Below, piece after piece: positions 1 through 12,573 of a stretch of 64,000 bases of DNA; positions within the stretch are counted from its first letter, which is position 1, and every line of letters begins with the position of its first letter. Origin of the DNA: an uncultured delta proteobacterium (GTDB lineage: Bacteria; Desulfobacterota; Syntrophia; Syntrophales; UBA4778); contig CAWASK010000010.1 of assembly GCA_963784735.1 (NCBI GenBank), forward strand, positions 1,099-65,098. Direction: 5' to 3'. Both the position numbers and the translations under genes were made by a program. The notes beneath the pieces are model-generated. The model did no database searches, was not told the DNA's origin, and was given only the letters and a program-made list of their open reading frames with translations.

Positions 1-476
1 GGGAGTTTTCATCTATGTCGATGATGGCGTAAGTCAGGGGGCAGCCGCGCCCCTCGTAACTGTTCAGGTGGCCGGGGTTTATGAGGATAGTGCCGTTGCG
101 GCGATGGATCCCGGCGAGGTGGGTATGTCCGAAAAGGAAAATGTCCGCCTCGCTCTTTTCCAGGACATGTTCCGGTTTGGGGTCATCGTGGCGGTCATTG
201 TAATGCGACTCCGGGGTGTGGCTGAGAAAAATCCTCCACTTCTCCACTTCAATCGAATATGCGGTTCAGGACGCCCGCATCCCGGTAATATGACTCATCC
301 CACGTGCCGGGGACCTGGACCAGGTTGTATCCCTTTTCCTTCAGGACCCGGGCGTCGTCGAAATAGTCTCCCAAGTGGATAATACTGTCTATTTCCATGC
401 CTTTGAGGCAATCCATGAATAATTCAAGGGCGATATCGTCTTCGTGGGTGTCGGAAAGCACGACAAGTCGCTTCAT
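1..476 (-). CDS. Metallophosphoesterase, YfcE/MJ0936-like (frameshifted, runs off the window start)
   Basis: N-terminal VLSDTH and IIHLGD motifs. After a frameshift near 250 the reading continues through THYNDRHD and FGHTH..NPGS, typical calcineurin-like motifs. Confidence 0.8.
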
Positions 477-1194
477 AGGAGAAGTTCACCTGAGATTTTT
501 TGACGCGGCAATATATGCGGGGCATTTCCCCGAGTCAAGGGAAAACAACTGATGGCCGTTGTTAATTGTCTTTCAGCATACCCCGTCTTGCGTTACAGCC
601 CTTATTATCAACATTTCTTGTTTGCCATAAACAAACCATCTTGTTTTCTTCTTTGCATCCGCACCGCGCCCGGCGGCGGTGGACGCGAAGATTATCTTTC
701 CTCAAAGCCTACACACACCTTCCCCCGGCTGCCAGGGCTGCGGCACTCCGGGACGGCCCTGTTTTTAGATAATATCTTATAAAAACATCATGTTACATAT
801 CTGCCGGACGAATTGCGTGATATTCATGTAGGATATTATGATGTATATATATGTAAAAAAGCGTAATTTATTGCTTGATATTCCTACATGCATGTTGTAT
901 TTACGGAAGCAAGCAAGCAGGCAATTAATTGTGCAAGTTCTATTTTAGCAACTTAATCAGGGTCGAAGGCGCTATGGTCTCAGCGGGTAGGGCAAACTCA
1001 ATAACGGAGAAACTCCATATATTGTAGGGATTATATTGTTTTGCGAGCACCGGTCACAGTCCGGGTCATTATTCCGATGCGACCTTTGACGGCATTAAGC
1101 AGAAAATCAATATGTAGGATAATAAGACTATAGTGGAACGGCGAATAGGGCAGGGATAAGGCTCAATAATAAACCAAAAAAAAGGAGACGGAAA

Positions 1195-4187
1195 ATGAGA
1201 AGAGAAATGAAACCGGCAAATGGAGGAGCTTCCCACGCGCAACCGGGCACTCCCGTGCATTTAAAAAAAATCACGTGCATGTTCCGGGTGTTTCCGTATA
1301 GGAGGGCGAAGAAATTGCTGCCGATAATTCTATCGGCACTCCTGGTTTTATCAACCGCGGCGATTGCCGCGCAGATCGGCCCCAATCCGAACAATGGCAT
1401 AATCGACACACCACTTGATCCTGCGATGCCCCCTGTTCCAAATCCGCCGGCTGTCACTGCGTCGAACGGCGCCGGGGTCACTTTCACGAATAACGGGACC
1501 GTGAACTTCTGGGGAAGTTTTGACAACAACGGGACCATCAACAACAACGGGAGAATGACCGAATAATGCAGTGCATCAACCATAACAATAATGCGGGGGC
1601 CGTCTGGAACAACAACGCCGGCGCGCATATGGATATCGGCAATGGGCGGTTGAACAATGCATCCGGGGCCACATTCAATAATTACGGCGATTTTAACACG
1701 GGCGGCCTGGGCGGCTCAATTATCAACCACGGCACGATAACAAATCATGCCGGGGGGTATTACTTTAACGGAGGGCAAACGCAAAACTATAACACATTTG
1801 TTAATAACGGCACCTACGAGGGTTGGATATTTCGTAATTATGCAGGCAGCGCAACCAACAACGGCGCCTGGATTCACCATAGCGGCATTGTTGATAACGC
1901 AGCGGGGGCCATTTTCAACAATAACGGTACCATGACGACTGCTTCCTCGTACGGTTCAACTTATGGCATTTATAATAACGGCGGCACCTTCAACAATAAC
2001 GCCGGCGCGCTTATAACCAATGGTGCAGGGACGAAATCTGCAAACAGGGCAGGCGGCACATTCAATAACGCGGGGACAATCACAAACAACGGCACCTTAG
2101 AAAACGAAGCCGGCATATTCAATAACTCCGGAACAATTATGAATAACAGTTCTTTGAGCAACAACGCCGGGGCCACGTTCAACAGTTCCGGGATACTGAA
2201 CAACAATGCCGGTGCTGTCATTTCCAACGCGGGCACGTTCAGCATTGCTTCCGGGGGGATCCTCAACAATGCCGGAACAGTCAATAATACAGGCACGCTG
2301 GAATTTGCCGCCGGCAGTTCCTATGACTTCACAGGCGGCACGCTCAACAACAATAACGGGGGAATCGTGAGTTTGCGCCGCAATTTTACCTTCGGGGAAG
2401 CCGTGAATGGCTTGCTGAACCTCAATGCGGGGAGCGCCCTGCACAATTATGCGGTATTGATCAACCCGGGGGGAAATACCCAGACCAGCAACGGCGACCT
2501 GGTGAATAGCGCCGGAGCCGTCTTTATGAACAATGGAGCATTGAACGGCTCCGGCACCGTTAATAACAACGGCGTTTTAATGGGAAACGGCAGCTTCTCC
2601 GGCAACGTGACAAACAACGGCACCATAGCCCCGGGGACTTCCATGGGGAACATGACGATCGGCGGCAATTTCATCAGCAACGCATCGGGCGTCTACGAAG
2701 TGGAGGTCAATGCAGCCGGCCAGTCGGACAAGCTTAATGTGGCCGGTACGGCCACCCTGAACGGCGGGACCGTGTCAGTGCTCGGTGCCGACGGAGCCTA
2801 TAAAATGAGGACCGATTATATCATCCTCACGGCAGGAAACATCCTGGGAGGATTCGCCAATGTCACGGATAACTTGACCTTCCTCGACCCGTCGCTGAGA
2901 TACGATCAGCAGAACGTCTATTTGACCCTCACCCGCAACGCCTCGCGTTTCGGGGATGCCGTGGGCCCCGGCAACGAGGGGTTGACGCCCAACCAGAAGG
3001 CAGTGGCCGACTCTCTTGACATAATTTCGCCGGCTGTCGCGCAAGTGCCTTTGACGGAGCCCAGCGATATGAGGACCGTGATCGATGCGATCATCCCCAT
3101 GTCCTGGGGTGAATACGTGAGCGCCCTTGACCAGATGGGCGGGCTCGTTCATACCACAATAGGGGAAGTGACCTTCTCGTCTTTCCACCGGTACATGGGT
3201 GCGATTAATTCCAGGATGGGCGGCTTCATCGCGGGCGGGCCGTCAATGAGCTTTTCCGGTCAGCAGGCGATGCTAGCTTCCCGGACCGGCAATTTCAACG
3301 ATGCCGGAAACACCCTGCTGGCCGCGATGGGCAATGCCAGCATGGCAAAATCTCCTTCCTGGGGCCTCTGGGGGCAGGGCTACGGCAATATAGGCGACAG
3401 GCGGGGAGAGGACATTTCGTCGCGCTACAATTACGACACGGCGGGCGGGGTTATAGGATTCGACCGTCAGGTATCTGCTCCCCTTCTGCTTGGAATGTCG
3501 ATCGGTTACTCCCAGGGCGATGTCCGCATGAAAGACCTCTCCGAAAGGGCCGACATCAGGAGCCTTCAGGGTTCGCTCTACGGCATCTACACGAGCGGCC
3601 CCTGGTACGCAGGTTCGGTGCTGGCATACGGCTTCAACAGCTACGATACCGAAAGGAACATGGCCTTCGGGGGGCTCTCGAGAAAGGCAACCGCCGACTA
3701 TAATGCCCATACCATGGGCGCTTACCTCGAAGGCGGCGTCAAGATAAAGACCAGGGACCTCGACATCATTCCAGCGGCGTCCCTGACGGCAAGCCATATA
3801 ATAAGGGAAAGCTTCAATGAAGAGGGCGCCGGGGCGCTCTCCCTGAACGCCGAAGAAGAGAAGTCCTCTTATGTGCTGAGCTCGCTGGGCGTGAAATTCA
3901 TGAAGGAATGCGCCGCTTCCTGGGGCGTGGTCACCCCCGAGTTCAAGGTGCGCTGGGACCACAGGCTGACAGGCGACCTCTTCGCGCTTAACGCGGCCTT
4001 CAACGGGTACCCGAACGCCTACTTCACGACCAGGGGCGACATGCCCTACAGGGACCTCCTCGGAGTGGGAGCAGGGGTAAGCGTCCTCGCGAAGAAAAAC
4101 ATCGAACTGAGGCTTGCATACGAAGGCAGCTTCTCGGGCGACAACACGGAGCACGGCGGCACACTGAGCTTCAGGTACCTCTGGTAG
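1195..4187 (+). CDS. Type Va autotransporter with Asn/Gly-rich beta-helical passenger (one frameshift near 1560)
   Basis: GGAG RBS before 1195, signal-peptide-like LLPIILSALLVLSTAAIAA and repeated FNNxGTIxNxG units. IAPG..G and SDKLNVAGTATLNGGTV linker motifs precede a C-terminal beta-barrel ending in FRYLW. Confidence 0.9.
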
Positions 4188-4219
4188 CTTTAAACAAAGC
4201 GACTTATGTAGCAGCAGAG

Positions 4220-4243
4220 AAGGGGGCGTTGCGCCCCCTTTTC
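4220..4243. terminator. Probable bidirectional intrinsic terminator
   Basis: AAGGGGGCG-TTG-CGCCCCCTT hairpin between convergent genes. Confidence 0.6.
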
Positions 4244-4244
4244 A

Positions 4245-5519
4245 TTACCAGCCCTTTGCCCACATATCCTCGTCGTTGTAAACTTTTTCCTCGGATCCGG
4301 CCTCCTCGGCATCTGCTTCGTAATCCCGCTGTTTTCGGGCAGCCTGCTCCTTGAGGTTTTCCCGGTACCACTCATGGGCCACGATCAGCGACATGACCTC
4401 GCTCGAACCGGTCCAGATTGACGCAAGCCTGACGTCGCGGTAGATGCGCTCGATCGGGAACACGTTCGTGTAGGCTATCCCGCCCATGACCTGCATGGAG
4501 TTGTGGACGACTTTCTGGCAGGATTCCGTGATGAATTTCTTGCTCTCGGAAACCATGCGGCGGACCCTGTTCATGTCGATCTTCGCATCGACGGCGCGGG
4601 CGGTTGCATAGCCGAGCGAGCGGGCGGCATCGAGGAGCATTACGGATTCGGCGACCTGGAAACTCACCCCCTGAAAGTTATTGATTGTCTGCCCGAAGGC
4701 CTTGCTGCGTGACGTGTATTTCGTCGCTATATCCAGCGCCGGGCGCGCCGCCCCGATGGTCATTAGAGCAGTCCCGAGCCGCTCCGGGATCATCATGGTA
4801 TTGAACACGTCATAAGCCCCGTGGACCCGGCCGATCACGTTTTCCTTGGGGACTTTGACGTCGCGGAATACGAGCCTGCCCGTCCCTCCGCCCCTGCACC
4901 CAAGCAGCCCGTAGAGATATTTCGTCTCCACTCCCGGCCCCCGGTCGACAATGAAGCAGGTCAGGGAATCCTGGGGCTTGGCTTTCGGGTCAAAATTGGT
5001 CCGGGCATAAACCAGGAAAAAATCAGCTCCCTCGGCCCCCACAATGAACCTCTTCTGCCCGTTGAGAAGGAAGTGATCGCCCTTGTCCTCGGCCCTGCTT
5101 GTGGCCCCGAAAAAGTCGGAGCCGCCCCGCGGCTCTGTGAGGCACTCCGCCGCGAAGAGGTCGCCCCGCAAAAGCGGCTTCACGTATTTCTCCTTCTGCT
5201 CGTCCGTCCCGTGCAGGACTATGGCGTCGCAGACGAGCTCCGCCCCGACGCCGAAGACGCAGGCGAACTCATAGCCGAGTGTGCCTATCTCTTCCATGAC
5301 AACGCCGGTTGCGACCCAGTCCATGCCCCTGCCGCCCCATTCCCTGGGATAGCGGCAGCCCATCAGGTTGCGTTTTGCCGCCTCCTTCAGGAATTCCCGC
5401 GGAAATTTTACCTTATCCGTGTCCATATCCAGGATCATTTCGCGGGGTACCCATTTGACGAGCTCTCGTGCCTCATCCCTGATTTGCAACTGTTCCTTAG
5501 TGAGCAGGTAATCGAACAT
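4245..5519 (-). CDS. Acyl-CoA dehydrogenase
   Basis: CLTEPRGGSD, LNGQKRFI, FGQTINNFQGV, QVMGGIAY and ERIYRDVRLASIWTGSSE motifs. Confidence 0.93.
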   Translation of the reverse strand: MFDYLLTKEQLQIRDEARELVKWVPREMILDMDTDKVKFPREFLKEAAKRNLMGCRYPREWGGRGMDWVATGVVMEEIGTLGYEFACVFGVGAELVCDAIVLHGTDEQKEKYVKPLLRGDLFAAECLTEPRGGSDFFGATSRAEDKGDHFLLNGQKRFIVGAEGADFFLVYARTNFDPKAKPQDSLTCFIVDRGPGVETKYLYGLLGCRGGGTGRLVFRDVKVPKENVIGRVHGAYDVFNTMMIPERLGTALMTIGAARPALDIATKYTSRSKAFGQTINNFQGVSFQVAESVMLLDAARSLGYATARAVDAKIDMNRVRRMVSESKKFITESCQKVVHNSMQVMGGIAYTNVFPIERIYRDVRLASIWTGSSEVMSLIVAHEWYRENLKEQAARKQRDYEADAEEAGSEEKVYNDEDMWAKGW

Positions 5520-5947
5520 TGTTCCTTCTTCCTTTCACGTAGAGATAGGGAACTTGTAGAGAAAAAGGAAAAGTATTTCAATATTAAATAAATCAGGGGC
5601 AACCCCGCCCCAAAATGGGGCGGATTTTCCGGTAATGCCAATTTCAATACCCGGGGGCGAAACAGGCAATACATGAATTCATCCGGTGCGCACGCGAAAA
5701 GGAAATCTGTGGACTGACTCAACCCTGAGAGCAGGATCCTGGCGAAAAGAATCTTGCTGGATCCGCAAATTGTTGATATTCTTGGCAACGAGATGCAGTC
5801 GCTTCTCAAGGAGGCGATATCCCAAAACAGAATTGAAGACTTCAAAACAGTTCTCAAAAGCCCTCCTGAAGAAATAGATAACCCCCTGAATACGAATAAA
5901 AACAGCGCCATTTTGCGGGATAATGGAGGGTTTGTTTAGTACAGGAA

Positions 5948-8900
5948 ATGGAAAAATCCACGAAAAAAAGCTTTGCCGAATCCCTCGGCAGGATAAAATC
6001 ACGGCTTCACCTGGCCAGGGGGAAGGACATATCCTCTCTTCGAAAAGAACTGAAGCTGATATCCGCCGCCCATGGCATTGGCGGGGCTGATGTCCATGCC
6101 AGGCTTGAATCCCTCGATAACCGGCTGACCAGATCGATCAGGGAAAGAGATCACAGGAAGAATTCCCTCCCGAAGTTGTCTTATCCCGAATCACTCCCCA
6201 TCTGTGCCCGGCGCGCCGAAATAGTCGGGGCGATCCGTTCCCACCAGGTGGTAATTATCACGGGTGAGACCGGTTCCGGGAAGACAACCCAGATTCCCAA
6301 GATGTGCATTGAAGCGGGCAGGGGCCTTGATGGGGCAATCGGCTGCACGCAGCCGCGCCGGATTGCCGCCGTTACCGTGGCCGGCCGGATTGCCGAGGAA
6401 ATGGAGGAGCCGCTGGGCCGCTCGGTCGGCTACAAGATAAGATTCGATGAGAGGGCCGGGAGAGACCCCTGGGTCAAGGTGATGACGGACGGGATCTTCC
6501 TCATGGAACTTCACTCGGACCCCCTGCTGCGCAGGTATGACACGATTATGATCGATGAGGCGCATGAAAGAAGCCTCAATATCGACTTCAGCCTGGGGAT
6601 ACTCAGGTCCCTTCTGCCCCGGCGCAGGGACCTGAAACTGGTGATCACCTCGGCAACACTGGATTCCGAGAAGTTCTCGAAGGCTTTCGGCAACGCCCCG
6701 ATAATGGAAGTCTCGGGCCGGCTTTTCCCCGTTGAGGTCCGCTACGAGCCGCCGGAGTCCGGTCCCGATCCCGAAGATTCGTATATTGAGGCGGCGGTGA
6801 AAGCCGTCGACGGAATTGTCTCTGAAAGCTCCCGGGGCGACATCCTCATCTTCATGCCCACGGAACAGGACATAAACGAGACCTGCGAAATCCTGCAGGG
6901 CCGCAAAGCTTATGATGTGCTGCCCCTCTATTCAAGGCTGTCGTGGGCAGACCAGCGCCGGATCTTCTCGGCGGCGGACCGCCGGAAGATTGTCGTCGCC
7001 ACCAACATCGCGGAAACGTCCATCACGATACCGGGGATAAAATACGTGATAGATACCGGGCTCGCCAGGATATCCCGCTACAACACCCGGTCCCGGTCCA
7101 CGAGCCTCCCTGTAGCGGATATTTCCCGGAGCAGCGCCGACCAGCGGAAAGGCCGGTGCGGGCGCGTGCAGAACGGCGTCTGCGTACGGCTCTACTCAAG
7201 GGAAGATTACGAGCGGCAGGCCCCTTTTCACCCCCCGGAAATACTTCGCTCCAATCTCGCCGAGGTCATCCTCAAAATGATCTCCCTTGATCTTGGCGAT
7301 GTCCCTCATTCCCCTTCATTGATCCGCCTTCGCCTGCCGGGATAAAGGACGGCCTCGCCCTGCTGCAGGAACTTGGCGCGATACGGCCCGAAACGTCCCC
7401 GGGCAGAAACGGATTCGGGCTTGACGGAAAAGGGAAAGAAGATGTCGCGGCTGCCGATAGACCCGAGGCTCGCCCGTGTCCTGATCGAAGCGGAAAAGCA
7501 GGGGTGCCTGGAGACGGCTGCCATAGTGCGCGGCTTCCATAGCGACCCAGGACCCGCGGGAATGGTCGGCCGAAAAGGAGGCCGAAGCCCGGCTGGCCCA
7601 TGCCCCTTCCAAAATCCCGCATCGGATTTCCTCGGGATCCTCGATTTGTGGAGAGCTCTATCATACAAAATCAGTCGAGCTGAAATCGCGCAACCAGCTG
7701 AGAAAATTCTGCCGCGAGAACTTTCTCTCCTTCAAGGCGCATGAAAGAGTGGATCGATGTCTATACCCAGCTGATTTCGATCCTGTCGGATGAGGGGTTC
7801 AGAGGAGAAGTCGGGTGAGCGGCTTACCCACACACCCCGGTTCATTCCCGCGGACATCGTGTCGGGCGAATTCAAGCCATTTTATGAACGGCTGCACAAG
7901 TCGGTGCTCAGCGGTTTCCTTTCGAACATAGCCGTGAAAAAGGAAAAGAACTTTTACACGGGGGCGCGGGGGAAGGAGATAATGCTTTTTCCCGGATCGG
8001 GCCTGTTCAACCGCGGCGGCAACTGGATTGTCTGCGCGGAAGCGATCGAGACTTCCCGGATGTTCGCCAGGACGTCGGCTAACATCGAAAGCGAGTGGAT
8101 TGAGGAGCTCGGAAAGCACCTGTGCCGTTACTCATACAGTGAAGCAAGGTGGGACAGGAAGCGCGGCGAAGTGATGGCCCTGGAAAAAGTTACCCTTTAC
8201 GGGTTGACAATAGTCCCGGCAAGACGGGTCTCATACGGCAGGATAAACGCGCCGGAGGCGTCCGAAATATTTATCCGCGGCGCCCTTTTGGAAGGCGACA
8301 TGGACGGCAGCTTTCCGTTTCTCGAATCACAACAGGTCTCTGTTGGAAAATTTTTCGCGGATGGAAGACAAGCTGCGCCGGCGCGATATCGTGGCGGGAG
8401 AGGACGCCCTTGCGGATTTTTACAAGTCGAAGCTCGCAGGGGTTTACGACACGAGGACGCTGAGGAAACTTGCCAGGGACCAGGGCGATTCATTCCTCCG
8501 GATGAGCGAGGCGGATGTCGCGCGCTATTTGCCCGATCCAGGCGAACTCGCGAATTATCCCGACTCCTTCGCGTCCGGTAAAGGGGAGGTCCCCATTGCA
8601 TACAGTTTCCGCCCCGGCGAGAAAGAAGACGGTGCGACCCTGAAGATACCCCTTGACAAAATTTTCGCGGTCCAGCCCGAAGACCCCGATTGGATTGTCC
8701 CCGGTTTGATGCGCGAGAAGGTGACGGCACTGCTCAAAGGGCTCCCCAAGGAATTGAGGAAACAGCTCGTTCCCCTGCCAGGCACTGTCGAGCGTGGTAC
8801 TGGAATGCCTGGCGGCAGCCAAGGGCCCATTTTTGACAGCGCTGGGCAATTGCCTCTCGGAGAAATTCGGCATCACGGTACCGTCCTCGGCATGGCAGGT

Positions 8901-9930
8901 CAGATCCATTCCCGATCACCTGAAGATGCGCTTCTCGATAGTGGATTCGCAGGGACGCGAACTGGCAGTGGGGCGCGACCTTGAGGCAGTCCGGAATTCC
9001 CTGACCGCCGAAGCCCATTCCCGCGCGCTCGCCGATGCCAGGAGGACATGGGAGAAAGTGGGAATAACTTCCTGGTGTTTCAAGGAAATACCCGAATCCA
9101 TAGAAATTGAGACTCCCGGCGGGTCCGGCGGGGCGGCCTTCCCCGGGCTGGAGGCCGGAGCGGACAGCGTGAACCTCCGCCTTTTCACGAATGCTGCCGA
9201 GGCGCGCGAACAGCACCTCAGGGGGGTCGCCCAGCTCCTCACCATTCACTTTTCGAAAGAGCTGAAGCAGGCGTGCAAAAGTTTTTTCCCCGCCAGGGAG
9301 AAAACCAGGAACCGGCCCGGACAGCAGGGTTTTGAAAGTGCCGTCCTGCAAAGGCTCAAGCGCATTCTCTTCGAGAAGCCGGCCCGGACCGAAAAGGAAT
9401 TCGCGGATATCAGGGAAAAAGCCGGGCCGCTCATTTTCCCCCTTATGCAGGAGATAATAAAGGAAACAGGGCCTGTGCTTCAGGCCGGGCGCGAACTTCT
9501 GGCAAGATTCAAAGAGCTCGAGAAAATGAACGCGGCAAACAGTTCAGCAAGGTCTTATCTTGCAGGGCTCCGTGCGGAGTTTGACTTGATGGTGTCCGAG
9601 GAATTTCTCGTTAATTACGAAAGCGCCATGCTCGAGCACGTCGTCAGGCATATCAAGGCTTTGCAGGTGCGGGCGGAACGCGGATTGCACCACCTCGAAA
9701 AGGACAGGCAGAAAGCGCAGAAGCTTGCAGAGTACGTGGAAAAGCTGGGCGCGCTCCGCAACACAATTACATTCTCCACCTCGGCCGTTAAGAGAAAGGC
9801 GATTGATGAACTCGCCTGGATGATAGAGGAATACAAGGTCTCCCTGTTTGCCCCCGAACTGAAGACAGCCTTCCCGGTCTCTCCCAAACGCCTCGATGAA
9901 AAAATCTCCGAAATAGAGATGATGGTGTAA
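5948..9930 (+). CDS. hrpA: ATP-dependent RNA helicase HrpA (several frameshifts)
   Basis: GETGSGKTTQ, TQPRRIAA, DEAH, SAT, TNIAETSIT and QRKGRCGR motifs; C-terminal WMIEEYKVSLFAPELKT..PVSPKRL. Confidence 0.93.
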
Positions 9931-10005
9931 AGCCCTGTTTTTTGCCCGCTCCCCCATGAAGGGCAGGGGAGCCATAAAACAATAGCCCCTGAGCCTTGCC
10001 TCAAA

Positions 10006-11331
10006 TCAGCAGAACGGGATTATTTTCCTGCAGCGGTCAATCAGGTTGTCCAGGTAGACGGATTTCATCTGTTTGCTCGCCAGGGCCTGCTTGAAAGGCG
10101 GCATTCGCAGGATCGCCCCGAGTATGGCGGCCATGGCGCGATGGCTCTGGAAGGCGTGGTTGTCGAAAATGAAATTCTGCAGTTTCCCTCTCTCGATGGC
10201 CATGAGCACCGATTTGTGGACTGAATTCAGGGGAGTGATAACGCGCTCGGGGCGCTGGTGCATGCGAATCGCCTTTTTGGGGCAGACAGTCGCGCACAGG
10301 CCGCAGCCGAGGCAGAGCTCATCTATGACTTTCGAGCGGGGCCGGGCTTTTTTATTTTGCCTGTCCGCAGCGGGAGTATCATCAGGGCCGCCGAAATCGA
10401 GCAGCTCAATGGAATTCACGGGACAGGTGTTTGCGCACCTGCCGCACCCTATGCATTTTCCCTCCTCGACGCGGGCCTGAAAGTTTGTCGTATGGACGGG
10501 CTTCAGGAAACCGAAGCGCTGCGCGGCCAGCATCGCCTCGCAGCAGCACTTGCAGCAGTTGCAGATGAAGTTCATTTTCTCGCGGACGTTTTCGCCGAAC
10601 TGCACCAGTTTATGTTCGTGGGCCTTATCGAGCAGTTCCAGGCATTCTGCCGCATCAACCTGCCTGACAATTTTATGTTTGATAAGTGATGCCGCGACGT
10701 CATTGAGTGTCATGCAGATGTTGAGGGGGGCCTTGCATGCCCTTCCGAGGTGTCCCATTTTATGGCGGCAGTAGCATTCGGCTATGCCGATATGGGTTGC
10801 GGTATTTATTGCGTGTGAGGCCCGCTCATAATCAAGGACGTGCAGCGCATCATGAGCAGGACGACACGGGCTCATAAACCATCATCCTGCCCATCTGCGT
10901 CTCGCCGTTCGCAAACAGCTCCTTAATGAAATCCTCCTCGACGTTTATGTACTGGTAGAAAAGCTCGCTGAGGAGCTTCTGGTCGATGTCGCCGCGGACG
11001 CGCATCATCGAGAATTCGAAGAAGCCCGCCATCGGGGGCGGCAGGACGAATTTCTGTTTCCCTCCATCATCCATGTCCAGCAGTATTCCTCTGGATGAGA
11101 GTTCACTCAGAATCGCGCGGGCCTCAGGCAGTTTCATTTTCCAGGTGCGGCTTGCCCGTTCGGCGGTGAAGGGCCTGATCGGGAGACTGGAAAGGAGGGC
11201 CGCCTCTTTTTCACTGAAGAGTATTTTGAAATATTTTGAAAAGAAGTTCCGAAGGCGGGGCGCCCTGCGGAAACCTGTTGAGCCTCTCGGAGAGCTTTAA
11301 GTAACCGTCTTTCAAAGTCGTCATGAGACAT
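10006..11331 (-). CDS. 4Fe-4S dicluster-domain protein with N-terminal winged-helix-like region (frameshifted)
   Basis: RLNRFPQGAPPS N-terminus, CYCR, ICNCCKCCC, CIGCGRCANTCP and CLGCGLCATVCP. Confidence 0.85.
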
Positions 11332-11427
11332 GATGTGTTTCCGATGCTCGCTATAATGCAAACCCCGCTTTCTTTCGGAAACGGGGTTCGCATTCGAATG
11401 ATCGAGTTGAATCGTGAGCTGGCCGGA

Positions 11428-11749
11428 TTATTTTTTCTTTGCTTTGGCCTTTGCCGGCGGCTTTTGCCTTTGCGGCAGGTTTCTTTGCCGCGGCTTTCTT
11501 GGCCGCCGGTTTCGCTTTTGCCGCTTTGGGTTTTGCGCTCTTTGCTTTGACCGCGGCTTTCGCTTTGGCCGGAGCTTTTACTGCCGGCGCCGCCGCCTTC
11601 CTCGCCTTGCTGGCCGCCATTTTTCCTTTTGCCATCGGTTCATCGCAGCAGACAATTTCGCTCATGGCGCAATTGCAAGCCTCATCTACTGACACGATGA
11701 GTCCGCACACCTGGCAGCTTAACACATCACCTTTTTTCGCTTTGGCCAT
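11428..11749 (-). CDS. Small protein: desulforedoxin-like Cys domain plus Lys/Ala-rich histone-H1-like tail
   Basis: GDVLSCQVCG..V..CNC...IVCCDEPM followed by AKAK/PAAKK repeats; GAGGAGG RBS. The likely true stop is at 11428 after a 1-nt indel. Confidence 0.75.
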
Positions 11750-11957
11750 TGAATTTCCTCCTCAATAAGTTCATTATCCTGTGTTCCCATTAAAAGGCCT
11801 CTCATCAATTACTAGCGCAACGAATGAAATTTATCAATTTTTTTTATTGTGAGGCATGTCAGCGAGAAATGAGAAATTATCTTGATAATCGTCATCACTT
11901 CACCTAATGTCACTGGTGCCGCACCCTGCAATATGACATTAGAATCAAAGGTGTAAA

Positions 11958-12573
11958 ATGAGAAGGCCCGACAGGACGATAAGCGGATTGAGATCCGGCG
12001 AACCCTTACGGATAGTGGCTTTGGGAGATTCACTCACTCAGGGCTGGATGGTTCGCAAAGGCTACGTGGATTTCCTGAACGAAATGATCAGGGAAAAGTA
12101 CCCGGACGCCGATTTCACGATTGTCAACTGCGGAATTCCCGGTGACACGGCGGAAGGAGGTTTGTACAGGCTCGAACACGATGTTTTTTTTAGAAAGCCG
12201 GATTGCGTCTTCATTCAGTTCGGTCTCAACGATGCGTTCTCCGGATATTCCCCTCAGGAATATGAGTCTCTCATCGAGCAGATGATAAAAGAGGATCTTG
12301 AACTCGCCGGATACCGAAATCATTCTCGTGACATCTTCGTATATCGGCGGGAAAGGGAAAACAGTATAGCAGAAGCAATTCTATGCAAGGCTGGAGTACC
12401 TTGCGGAAAAGTACAGCCTGCCGATAGCGCGGGTCCACTCATACTGGAAAAAACGCATCAGCGAGGACATCGAATTCCGCGAACTCGTCCAGTTCGATTG
12501 TGTCCACCCGACTGTGAAAGGCTACATGCTGATGGCCGAAGCTATAATGGAGTTATTCGAGGGGCAGGAATGA
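11958..12573 (+). CDS. SGNH/GDSL hydrolase (frameshifted)
   Basis: VALGDSLT, NCGIPGDT and FGLND blocks; DCVHP in a shifted frame near 12497. Confidence 0.85.

Noticed and set aside
5673-5939. Second in-frame TGA (5715) in a possible small ORF MNSSGAHAKRKSVD*LNPESR
   Set aside because: No recognisable family or redox motif, and the nearest hairpin loop is only about 10 nt from the TGA; the gene itself is uncertain
11904-11942. Inverted repeat CTAATGTCA...TGACATTAG between divergent genes
   Set aside because: Single instance with a long spacer; no regulator can be assigned
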